DNA of 64,000 nt from Chara braunii (Eukaryota; Plantae; Charophyceae): NCBI GenBank assembly GCA_003427395.1, contig BFEA01000028.1:3291188-3355187 (forward strand). Direction: 5' to 3'. Positions 11,364-23,075 of the stretch are shown piece by piece. The first letter of the stretch is position 1; the number at the start of each line of letters is the position of its first letter. The notes under the pieces were generated by a model. It did not search any database and was not told the origin of the DNA. It was given only the letters and a program-made list of their open reading frames with translations. The translations under genes and the position numbers were made by a program.

Positions 11364-14187
11364 TTAGTTATATGTGGGCTCAAAGAGGTGATTGTGACGG
11401 ATCTTAACCTCTCGCGCTTTGTCTGCCATGACTCGGTCCAAATGCTCCTCCTTGTCGTGGAAGAGGGCAAACCCTTCGGCTATCGCTGCTGAGACTGCTG
11501 CTCTTTCAGGCGGAATTTCGCCTCCCATATGGGATGGCCTGTAGGACCTTCCAGGGGCGCCACACCAGGTGATCAGCGAGGTGGGCATTCATTGAATATC
11601 TTACCATGTATGGTCTCAGGTCGCTGCAGACTAATTCCTCAGAGTCGTCGATCCATTCCTCTCTCCACTCAGCCCTCGCTCCCAAGATGTGTGCTGCGCT
11701 TGGGGCTTCTTTGGAAATATTGGCTGCCAAAACTTTTTCGTTGGGGCCTGCAAGTGAAATCAGAGACCAGGATTTGCTGACTGCAACTTCCCAGTCCTCA
11801 TGTTGGTGGTTCCAACGATATGGCAGAATGACTCTCTTTTTGCAGCCACTCTTGGCCTCCAGTTTGGCTGCTGTGAATATTTCTGCATTGTGACCCTGTG
11901 CCATGCTCTGTAGGTTGACTGCTTCCCCTGCTGTTTCTCTGTTGTGGTCTTTGAGGACTGTGATCTGTGCCAACAAAATTTCTTTCTGCCTGTCCAAGTC
12001 CTCTCTTGTGCTCAGTTGGCTTTCTGCTTCCATCTCTTCTTCCTTTTGTCCGTTATTCGTGGCCTTTTTGTGCATCCCCCTCTGCCCCTTTGATCTTTTG
12101 TTGGGGCGGTTGTGTGTTGTCTCATTGTACAGCTTAGGCCATTGAATCAGTTTATGTGAGCATGCTGTGTGTTTCCCTGGGCTATCCAGAGTGTGGCTGT
12201 AACGTTCTGCAAAGAAGTCAGAGAGTTGTTGTTCCTTTTCCAAGACCTCAAATTGATTCTGGATTGGGATTTGGCTGTTGATTTCTGACTGTTGGAAATT
12301 GAAACTTTTCAGATTGAGGATGTGTCTTTTGTATGCAACACAAACTTTGAATTCCATTTCCCGTTCTCTTTCCAGTTTCTTTACATAATCTGCCAACCAT
12401 TCCTTTTGAGTCTGTGTCTTCTCCCTCTTCATCCTGAGATGTTGTGCCATCTTCCTCTGGCTCCAGAGGTTTTCCATCTTTAGCTTGGACATCCATCGAA
12501 TCTTTCGGATCAGGGGTGTGTTTTTCCCCTTCTTCACTACTCTTACCTTCAGAGTTTGATGGAGTGAAAAGTACTTTTGCGGCTGCGTTCTTCCCTTTGA
12601 GTGGATCGTCGAGGTCATTTTCTTCGGTAGTCACATCCATCTGGTCTGCTGTTGATGTTGTGTCCTCTTGGCTGTTCGCTCTGCTGATTTTGCTTGCCGC
12701 TTGTTTTTTTGTGTGTTGGTCAGATGACGCCAGACCATCTTTCCGTTTGAGCAGTTTGTTCGATGATCGGGAGGTGCTGTCCACAGTGGTTGTCTGTGAT
12801 TTGGCCTTCTGAGAGTTATCTGCACACAACACTTTGTCTCTTGCGCGCAGATTCTCAAGAAATACTTTTTCAGTAGACTCACCTGTTTTGATAAGCTCCT
12901 GCCAGGTTTCCCTTCTTTGCTTGTCTTCTGTTACCACCTGAGGATCGAGGAGGTTCCTTTTCAGAAAACCTCCATCCTTGTCTTCAATTCTTTTGGCACC
13001 CTTCATTTGCCATTGGCTTCCATGTGGAGGGTAGATGTTTGGCTGAGTGGTCGGCTCTCCCTCCAATGTCCAGACCCATTGCGGGTTATCCAATGTGTCA
13101 TCAAAAACCCAACCTTTGTAGGCTGGGTCGTTGACATTCCACAATCCAATCTTCGCTTCACACTCAATCAGATTGGAATGAATTTGGCCCGGTTTAGCTC
13201 CTCGGTCTCTGTTGAGAGGGCAGTTCCTGTCTGTTCCCAAATGCCCCTTTCCCCTACATTTAAAGCAGCGTGGGTTTGTTTTCGTGGAAAGGAAAGTGGT
13301 CATCTTCTGACCATTTTTCTTTACGAAGACCCACGTGTCTGGGAATTGAGGGGGGACTCCTGAGGTAACCTATAGGCATGCAATTTTGGAATCATTGTTT
13401 GGGGCCAGGAATTCTGGACCTGTCTCAAACAACTCCGGGACCGGGTTGTTTGGTAGGATTCTGCTAGTCATCTTTCTAGGAAGTTGTGCAGTTCCTCTGC
13501 GATGTTGTCGAATTGGGCCCAAAAGTGTTCTCTCAACATGGCTTGCTTGTGGCATGATGTTTCAGGCTGGGGGGCTCTTTTGGGTTTCCATTTTGTGACT
13601 GTCACCACCCCTTTTCTGCATTTCAGTGTGTTGAGTGAAATTAGGTATCACGCATAGGCTCTGTCCGGACTAACAATCATGACTGTGTTTCTTGCTCTCT
13701 TGTGGTAGGTGACTACCGGCTCTGTCCCTGGGATTTCTTCCAGGGAGCGGAGTGTGTCTCTCACCCAGGTTCTTTTGTCGTTTGGTGACATGTCTGAGCA
13801 TTTGTGTGGGAAGTTGAAGAGGACCGCGTGATTTTCGAAAACTTTTTTGCAGCTCTCCTCGTCTTCCTCTGGGTATTCCCACATTTCCACGGTCTGAGTC
13901 GAGTCGTTTTCTCCCTTGATTGTTTCCTTGATGATATTCACTTTGGATTTGACTTGGGTGCTTGAGATCAGGAACTCCATTGCTCTTTGACTCAGAGTTC
14001 TATGCGATGAGTTCGCTGCGTGTTGCGAATGACCTGGTGCAGAAGACAGCCCCTGGCTTTGGTTGTGTCCCGTTGTGTCTGCAGCTCCTGTGGGCAGTGG
14101 GCGGTGCCCTGTTACAGGTCCGGTTGGTAAAGGTGTGGGTTCCCCTTTCCCTGGGGGTGCTACCGCCTCAGTGTAGGACGCTGCCAT
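11364..14187 (-). pseudogene. LINE ORF1 (~940 codons, frameshifted): zinc knuckle, low-complexity linker, C-terminal globular domain
   Basis: Starts MAASYTEAV and contains CFKCRGKGHLGTDRNC. Pieces at 13648-14187, 12248-13303, 11506-12618 and 11364-11588; stops just upstream of ORF2. Confidence 0.85.
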
Positions 14188-16717
14188 TGTGTTGCAGTTT
14201 ACACTCTAGGTGGTACAAATCCTTGAACTGGTTGCGTTCTGCTTCTCTGCTTGGTAGCTATAAATTTGGCAAAGTTTCGCCTCCCCGCCTGGGGATCGTA
14301 ATGGCAGGGTCAGAGTGTCTGTGGGTACCGCTGGAGGGAATGCAGTCAGAATTTTGGCAGGGTTTCTCCTCCCCACCTGGGAAGCGAGAGTCCTTTCGAG
14401 CGTGTAGAATGGTGCGAAAAGGACAAGCGATTTGCCTCCCTCTTGGGGGGCGTGAGGTCGGAAATTATGAGAGGTAAAGGTAGTGGTTTTAAACTGGTAG
14501 AGCTTCGCCTCCCCACCTGGGGAGCGTGAGGGCCGTCCTTAACCAGAGAGAACAAGGCTGTATAAGTTGAGTGGGTTGCGGTTGGGATCGGGGAATCACA
14601 GATCTCGAGGGGCGAATGCCGCATTCAGGGTGTAGGAAGAAGGCCAGCAATGGGTGGTAATGGAATGATGAAAAAAATAAGTTAGAATTAATAAGTACTA
14701 TTCGTTAATTAATGAGTAAATAATTAAAATAATTATTTAATTTAATGAATAGCAATTAGGATAAGATGGATAATTAAATAGTAAGATAAATACTGATTAT
14801 GAAGATGTCTGCTAAGGAGGTGGTACTATGTTGTAGTGGTCTTCAGTGAGGCGAGGCGAGATGTGTGTTCTTGGCGTGAGGGGTTGGATGGTGGACGGCG
14901 GGTGGAGGGAGGGGGGAATGTGCGGCGAGTGAAATTGTTTATGTGGTAGAGGGGGGGGCGGGGGGGGGAGGAGTGTTGGTGGGGCGATTCAGTCGATTGT
15001 TTGTTGTGGAGATTGTGATGTGTGTGGGGTGAGTGGTGTGTTTAAGGGTGCAATGGGAGCAGTGTGGGTGAGGTTGGGTGGGGGGGTGGTAGGGCGGTGG
15101 GATCGAGTGTGAAGCGACTATATGTGGTGGGATTGTGTAATGTCGCGGATTGTGGGAGGGTAGTCGCGGGTTGCGGGGGGGATCGGGAAGGATGATGTGT
15201 GGGGTGTAGAGGAGAGGCATATGAAGATGGGGTTGGAAAGTTTGTGCGGGGAGTGGGGATGAGGGGAGTCAGAGAGGGGGGTAGAAGTTGGCGGTGCGGT
15301 GGGAGAGTTTGGGTGGGGGGTAGGGGAGTGGGGGGGTCCGGGCGAGGCGTCTAGGTGGGGGACGGGGAGCAGTGAGTGGATAAGGGTTCTGGTAACGGAT
15401 TGTATGGAGTTGAGCGGGTGTGGGACCTGGGTTGGGGGACAGCGTAGCTGGTTGAAGTGGGTCGAGGTCGGGGGTCCGTGTGGGTGAATAGGGGGGGAGG
15501 GGGGGGGGCGGGGAAAGGGGGGGGCGGATTGTGCGATGTAGGTCGTGTGGGGGGGCGGGATCGGGGTAGGGCGACGGGGTAGGGAGACAGGGTAGGGAGA
15601 CGGGGAAGTGGGGCGAAATGAATAGCGATTAGAGGATGGGGTCTGGCTTTTCTACTTGAGCTAATTTACTGATCTGAGTGCGTGAGTAGGGATGGTGCTC
15701 TACCTCTTATTGCTCATGTACGCACGCTACTCCTCTTTGATCTGTCACAGTCAGGATCGCTCCTTCGAAAAACAGTAGGAAGTTTACTGTGTAATGTGTC
15801 TTGCTCTCTGGTAGCAATCGAATGGCTGTCTCGATGTGTTTGTAGAGTCTGTCGCGTATAGCGGCTGGAGACCAGATCTTGTCGCCTTTTGGAAGACTCG
15901 CTGAGAGTAAGCGGAGGAGAGTTTTCGGTCTTACCTTGGCTGCCGAATTGTAATGTTCTGACCTTTCCGGGCGTAATGATGTCGCGCTACTCCTCTTGGT
16001 TGCTTGGGATGATGTCTTGCTAGACTCTTTGCCTCTTTCCTCGTTTCCCGCTTAGGCGTCTTGTCTCTTCTCGCTTCTTCAAAATCCCACCCTTCCCGAC
16101 TTTCTGTCTTTTCCCGTTCTTTAGGAAAAGCTCTCTTCTTCCTCTCGACTCTCGAAGATTGTGTCGTCTACTCTCGTCCTCTTACATTCCTCTTTCGTTC
16201 GTGAAAGCTCCCAGCTGTGTATTCCAGTTGAATCTTTCGTCCCTTGTACTTGGAGCTTCTCTCTCCCTTCTTCTCCTTTCCCTCCCCTCAATTACTTTGT
16301 CCTTTTCTAAACTTAGTAGCTGTCCATTCCTCTTCCTTTCTTCAATGATCTTCTCCTCTATACACCTCGGGAGAGTTTGTTCGCATTTCGTCTCTTTTCA
16401 CACTCCCCTGCTCTGTTGTCTTTTCCTGATCTTGGTTGTGCCCCGCTTCTCTCGTTTTCCTGTCTTTCTCACTGCTCATTTCCTCTGCCTTCCTCCTCTC
16501 TCCCTCTCTTTCCTTCTTGTCCCTTGCTGTCCTGTGAGCAGCCACGCCCGAAGGCGTGGCGGGATGTGGTGTGCTCTCACCTTCAGGTTTCCCGCCTTTA
16601 CATTTCACGTTCGAAAATCAATGATGCGCGTGTTCATGCGCGGCACTAATTCCCGCGTGGGTCGATAAAATTTGCCGCGGTGTGGTTACCGGGAATTAGC
16701 GCTGAAAAATAGCGCTC

Positions 16718-19700
16718 CCACACCTCCTTTTCCAAATCGCCCACCGAGAGGCTTTTCTGATTAGTGAGAAGAAGAATAGGTCGAAACCTTTGAACTGTGG
16801 GGTTTGCTCTATGTGTAAGTAAAGAGTGCTCGGGTTAATTTGTAGTGTTTTGTTTGAGTGTCTGGACCATGCTTGTTCTACCTCATTCCATAGGGCTTGG
16901 GCCTTCTCGCATTCTATGAAGCAGTGGTTAAGTGTTTCCATAGCTTGTGTGTTACAGACTTTGCACCATGACTCTTGTTCTCATTTGTCTTCCTTCTTTC
17001 GTCTTCGTGCCAGGCAGTGGTTCACCGGGACTGCTCTATAGGTAATGAGCCAAAGAAGGCTGGCCAATTTAACCGGCCTCGCGCAGACGATTGAATTCCA
17101 GGAGGGTTTGAAGATCGCGTTGGCGAGTGAGCTTTCTTCCTTTTGCCATCTTTTCATTACTATCTCTGATGTCATGATGGGAGTGGAAAACAGCTTGTAG
17201 CCCAGTTTAGGGGTGTAGTCGGTTATTTTGTATCTACGTACTGTCATGTGTGGTTTCGGGATTGCCCCACGACCATTCGGTAAGGTCAATTTCGAGGTGG
17301 CGGATGTCCAAATCAGGCCTATATACTCTATTTTGGTCACTTTCTATTACTCTTATCCATCTTAATTGGTTTGTTTTGAAGGATCCCTCTGCTATGCTTT
17401 CCTTGTTGAGGATGCTCACCGGATTGCCTGGTTCCTCCAAGGGGAAGATGCTGCAAGTTACCCATTCGTTGTTGCGTGATTCATTGTTTAGTATTCTTAG
17501 GATTTCTGTTATATTGGCCTGGTTCTTCTGACTGGCCCAATTCCCAACTACCCATTTTCGTTCTGATTTTTTAAGTATGCGTCGCCGTTCTATTGGGATC
17601 CTTTCAATAATCATTGATAGGTTGGCTTTTAGATTGTGGTTTCCTTTTTGGATAGTTCTGAAATATTTTCCTTCCTTCCAGTTATTTGTTGAATCGTTCC
17701 ACAGATGTTGGATTTGCCATATGCCTTTTTTAGCCAATGCCCCCATTTGGCGCTTGCTTTGGAGAGAGAGAGGCTTTCGTCTTTGTCATCTTTGATCCAG
17801 GGGTTACGAAAAATGGGTTGTCTTAGGACTTCATCTTTCCTTCTTAGGCCGAGTTTGTTTTCTGGGAAGATTTTCCTCCAAGTGTGCAAAAAGGAGTTCC
17901 CGGAAGGATTTGGAGGATTCCTTTTCTGTACCTTCTTCTGGGTTTGGCTGGGGGTTAGGGGACTTGGTCATTCTTGGAAGGGGCCACCGTTTGTTAAAAA
18001 AGCCAGAACAGTCCTGACATAGTGGGCGGGGATTTGAAGGGTGCTGAGTGCTAGGGGTGTCCATTGCAGATTGCTCTGAAGCACCAGTCTTGGGATCCAT
18101 TTGGTTTGTAAGGCTTGTATTTGGCGTGTTGGATGTAGGAGGCCTAGACCTCCCTTTTCTTTGGGCATGGTGACTATTTGCCATGTTGCCTTGTGGATGA
18201 AGTGTTGTTTGTCTGGGCTTCCGGTCCATAGGTATGAGGCTGCTCTTTTCCTGATTTGTTGTTGGTAGTCTGAAGAGGGAAACCAAATCGAGGTGGCGTA
18301 CCACATCATGGCTAGTACCAAGTTGTTCAAGACTAGAACCCTGCCTAGGAGTGACGTGTGAGTCCGTTGCCATCTATGCATTTTACTAATCATGGCCGAT
18401 AGTAGGAGGGCAGCGGAGGAAGGGTGGAAACCATTTATACTGAGCTGGATTCCTAGGAAACGGATTGGGATTGTAGGGTCAGCCCATTGCATGCCCTCAG
18501 GTGTAATTTCCGTGGGAGGGGGTAGTTGGGAGCCACCATCCTGTCGTTTTCGCCCAGTTGATCTTCATTTCAAAGGCTAATTGAAAAGTTTGCATTGCAC
18601 TTGTCAATGCTTGGAAGGATGAGTTAGTGGCTCTGGTTAGGACGGTGAGATCATCCACGAATAGTAAGGTGGTAGGGAGGTGGAGTAGGTGGCCTTTTTC
18701 GTCCTTTAGGTCTTCTAATCTTTCAATCGAGACGTCCTTTCTAAGGAAGGTTGCGATGGCCTCCACGACGAAAAGAAATATTGGGGCTGCTAGTGGGTCA
18801 GCCTGTCATACCGATCTCGTCATTTTGTATGGATTAGATAGGAAGCCATTTACTTGCACTATCCCTTGAGCGTCACTGTATAACACTCTTACCCATTTGC
18901 GGAAATTTGGTCCTACTCCCATTTTTTCTATGCAGATTTGTAGTAAATCCCAGTTAACCTGCTCGTATGCTTTCTCAAAATCAAAGAACAATATGGTTGT
19001 TGTGATTCTTTTTTGTTTTATTAATCTGATGGATTCGCTTAGTGTCATGACATTATCTAAGATGAGTCTTCCGGGGATGAAACCTGTTTGGTCTAGATGG
19101 AAGCAATTCCCTGTGATTCGGTTAATTCTTGTGGCTAGCAGATTGGCTAGGATTTTGTAAGCTACGTTGAGCAGTGAAATGCGGCGGTAGTTTCTGATAT
19201 TTTCCTTATCTCCCTTCTTATAGAGAAGTGTTATTACTCCTGCACTTAGGTCTAGTCCTGGGGATTCCTTTGTCCATGCTTTATTTAGGAAATTTAGGAA
19301 AAGGGGGCCTAAGGTGTGCCAACTTGCGAGCCAAAATTCTTTGGATAATCCATGTTTTTGTGGAGCTTTGTTGGGTTTCATATCTTTGAGAGCTTTGTGT
19401 AGTTCCTCCAGGGTAATGGGTTCTTCTAATTGATTAGCTGTCTTTGAGATAGGGAGTGGTCCAAATGTGTTAAGAATTTATTCCTGGCCCTTGTGACTTC
19501 GTTGTGTATTCCCACCGGGTTTTGATGGAGTATAGGTCCTTATAAAAATTGGCTGCTATGTTGATGAGTTGGGTAGTTTTTGAGGTGGGATTTCCATTTG
19601 TGTCTTTGAGGCTTCTATCTTTGGGTTCCTTGACTTGGATTTGATTCTTTGAAAGAAGTGTTTGGTCATTTTTCCGTTCAATTCCAGTCCTTTACTCTTG

Positions 19701-19850
19701 CTCTTAGTTGCAGGCCTCTGAGTTTCAGTTTAGTCCACTCAATTAATTCCTCTTTCGATTTGGAATAGAGTTTTGCGTAGAAAGTTGAGTTGGTATTATG
19801 CTTTAGGTTGATCTCAGCTAGTCTATAGCATTTCTCAGCATCTCTTCCCT
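16718..19850 (-). mobile_element. 5' part of the older LINE ORF2 (RT and zf-RVT), 5'-truncated
   Basis: KPNKAP, NYRRISLL, DFEKAYE, FVDD and ETLNHCFIEC motifs; clearly paralogous to ORF2 at 6774-11319. Confidence 0.9.
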
Positions 19851-20074
19851 CTCATTTCTTTGAGAGGCCAGCCTTCTTGATGCTAGGGCAACTTTTAAAC
19901 TGATATTGTTGATGATCTTTGGGAACTGAGTGAAGATGTCTTCTCCTTCCGCCATCTGAAGAGAGAGGGAATAGGCTCGCTAGCTTGACAACGGGCATCC
20001 TCCTTCTTGATAAGATAGAACTATTTGACAGAGCTGGTTGCCGGGTCTGAGAGGAAAGAGCGAAGTATGGCAAG

Positions 20075-20246
20075 CTGGCAGTTAATCCTCCACCAAGGTG
20101 GAGCAATCAATGCTGCGCAGGGGTCCTTCGGCCAGACGGAAGGAAGCGGGAGTGTGTCTCAATGTAACATATATTTTGACTTGCCGGTGGAATAGGAACC
20201 GGACTGACGCTCCCCAGAATAGAAGGAGCCAGGACCATAAGGCCCT

Positions 20247-20278
<32 letters not shown>
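20075..20278 (+). mobile_element. Short LINE 3'-tail insertion with poly(A)
   Basis: GACTTGCCGGTGGAATAGGAACCGGACTGACGCTCCCCAGAAT followed by an A-run at 20251-20278. Confidence 0.8.
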
Positions 20279-20281
<3 letters not shown>

Positions 20282-21006
20282 ATGTGTAAGTATCCGAGTA
20301 TAAATATATAGCAAAAGTTCAGTCAAAAACTTGTGGCCCATCTGCAGTTAACCCAAGATAAGGTCTCACTGTGTACATCTGTAGGAAGAGGCCATATGCC
20401 CAAAGCAGCCTTCACCCCCTGTAACATGCTCCCACATACATAATCCCAGGAAGAGGCTATCCCCCCATAGGTTTCCCCACCTCCCATTGTATAGGAATGA
20501 CCCAACACAGATGGTATGCCCAAAAGTGAGACCAAACAGCCTCAACTCGCCACCTGCATCATGCAGTGCACAGACCTGACTCGGCGGCATTGTGGAAAAC
20601 CTTTTAGCTCAATCTATCTCTGATAGACACACTGCATGCAATATAGCCAACTGGCCAAGAGCGTTCGACATTGTAATTCCATAGTGCGATCAGTACCTCT
20701 CTTGGCCACAATAACCAGGCATAAGATCCAACATTGGACTAGCAGATGTAGACTCTCAGGATGCATGTCCATCTGTAGCTGTGCTCATTTGGGCCATAAA
20801 GCTGAAGTAAGAGTAGCAGAGAGGAATGAATGGAGGGTTGGTGGAGAAGGGGAAGGGAGGGAGGAAGAGAGCAGGGAGAAAAAGAGCAGGGAGGATAAAC
20901 GACTTGCAGATGTGAACGCAGTGGCAGGATGGGAGAGCTGCAGGAAGAATGGAAAAGCAAAGGAGGAAACAGGCAAACTGGTCAGCATGGGCGATAAAGA
21001 CCAACC

Positions 21007-21242
21007 TTGTTTTTGCTGTGCACTTGCCTTTGCATTTCCCGCAAATAGTCCCCCCAGTGTCCGGGTTACAGGCGCAATTGGAGAAGCATGTCTCAGAAGA
21101 GAAGGAGTCACACTTCTGGTTAGATCCACAATCAGCGTTTGTTTCACAAAGTATGCCACAGTCACTGCCAGAGCATGGCTCTCCCTTAGTCGTCAACAAT
21201 GTGCCTTTGCACAAGTCGAATCCTTTCCCCTTAAGGCAACCA
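21007..21242 (-). CDS. Candidate exon encoding a Cys-rich, probably disulfide-bonded extracellular module
   Basis: Open frame GCLKGKGFDLCKG...CSGSDCGILCETNADCGSNQKCDSFSSETCFSNCACNPDTGGTICGKCKGKCTAK, bounded by a cccgcAG acceptor and an AG|GTTGGT donor. Confidence 0.6.
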
Positions 21243-21574
21243 GCTGCGGGTATTACAGAAACAACATGTGGAGCAAGTGTGTCCAATTACTTCAGTGCTA
21301 CGGGCAAGTGACTGTTGACACTATTTTATAAATGCAGTTCAAGAGCTTTTTGGTCGGTTTGAAAACGTTTGACAAAGGAGCAACTTTTACTCAAAAAGAT
21401 CCAGCTTGCTCGCCTTTACTGCTTCAATTTTTATGCACTCACTGCACTCAGGATTCACAGCACACCAGCAAGGTTCACACTGTCGGAGCACTTGGAACTT
21501 ATTTACAACTTGAAATGATGTACACAGGTTCCCGAAGAGGTTATGGCTGCTGCCGCCAACAACAACAAGCAGGT

Positions 21575-21576
<2 letters not shown>

Positions 21577-21633
<57 letters not shown>

Positions 21634-21738
21634 NNNNNNNNNNNNNNNNNNNNNNNNNNNNNNNNNNNNNNNNNNNNNNNNNNNNNNNNNNNNNNNNNNN
21701 NNNNNNNNNNNNNNNNNNNNNNNNNNNNNNNNNCTCTC
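21577..21738. repeat. (TC)n microsatellite with assembly gap
   Basis: Directly visible. Confidence 0.95.
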
Positions 21739-22184
21739 GCACGCGCTCACAGCAGCAGCAGAAGCAGCAGAAGCAGCAGCAGCAGGCATCATGTGCAGCC
21801 TAAGTCGTGGTATGTTAGGTAACTCTCCCCCTATATATCACCCACAGGAGGCATCATGTCCAGCCTAAGTCGCACTTGGACTCAGATGACGAGCAGGTTT
21901 TCCCTCATTTAGCCGTGTGCAGTTTGGCATTGAATCCATGGACATGACTGAGAGAATATTGTGACTGGGAGTAAGCTGTGATGGCATCAATCTCTGCTGT
22001 CCCTATGGACTCAAGCCTGGAGGATCAAGACATAAACTTGGTAAGCATTTCTCGCCTCCTGTACAACCACCTGGTTGTGAATTCCGGCCTGAAAAAGAAC
22101 CAAACCAATCCCTCTGATGAGCCATCTTAGATGCGAGAGGCAAAAAGCAGTTCAGGACACCATCCCTCAAGACTCGCATTGCCA

Positions 22185-23075
22185 GTCAACCACTTTTCTC
22201 AAGTGTATTGCTAACTTTGGGCGAGGCAGTGAATCTTATCCATCAGTCAAGTACATCCTAGGCAGACTGTCTGTGTTGAACATCCAAATGAGTCCACGAA
22301 AGACCGATGGAAGTATGTCACAGTCACCCTTTCCCAGAGTCGTGCTTAGGGAATGCACACCACACATACAACCTTGATAAGGGAATGCACACCACACATA
22401 CAACCTTGATAGATCTCAGTTGAGGCAGATAGATGTGGCTAGTGTCAGGACCGTACTAGCGGTCATGCCAGTGGCTGTCCTGAGTGGGCGTGTAGAGAGG
22501 ATTTTGCGGCTGTAATTGCCATTAGTGTCAGGGGTCTGAACTAGACAGTCTGCCAAGTTGCAGGGTTAAAGTTGACCACTTTTGTCAAGGGTATTGCTAA
22601 CTTTGGCAAGGTGGTGATTCTTTATCCATCAGTCAAATTTATTCCCCACATAGCGTCGGGGTTCAAACTCCTGATGAGTCGGTGAAAGTCCAATGAAAAA
22701 GACTGCCAGCATCACCCTTTATTGGTGCTCTCTTTACCGAATACACTGCACATACGGCTTTGCTAGCACTGTGTTGAGGCAAATCAATGCAGCTAGGGTC
22801 AGGACCGCATTAGCAGTCCTGCCACTGACTGCCCCCTGGTGTGATGGACTAGTTTTCCAGACTCACTGTCATTATCATCAGTGGTGTGCACTAGAAAGTC
22901 TACTATTCCAGGGTTTGTGTGAGTGGAGTGGACCAACTCTCTCACTAACTTTGGCCAAGGTGGTGAGTTCTTATCCATCAGTCACATACATCCTGGGCAG
23001 TTGTCGGGGTTCACCCTCCTGCCAAGCCCTGAAAGTCCAACGAAACAGTCTGTCACAGTCACCCTTTCTTGTGGA
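22185..23075 (+). repeat. Three diverged ~350-bp tandem units with protein-like frames
   Basis: CTAACTTTGG...TTATCCATCAGTCA...TCACCCTTT recurs at ~22210, 22596 and 22944. An internal 32-bp duplication lies at 22349-22411. Confidence 0.75.

Larger units (their letters stand above)
5868..16717 (-). mobile_element. Full-length (~10.85 kb) L1/Tx1-like LINE, frameshifted
   Basis: Perfect 16-bp TSD CCACACCTCCTTTTCC at 5852-5867 and 16718-16733. Poly(A) at 5868-5879; ORF1, ORF2, ~2.5-kb 5' UTR and ~0.9-kb 3' UTR. Confidence 0.93.

Noticed and set aside
20176-20245. Hammerhead ribozyme in the LINE tail
   Set aside because: It has stem-CTGAY-stem but lacks the complete CUGANGA and GAAA core.
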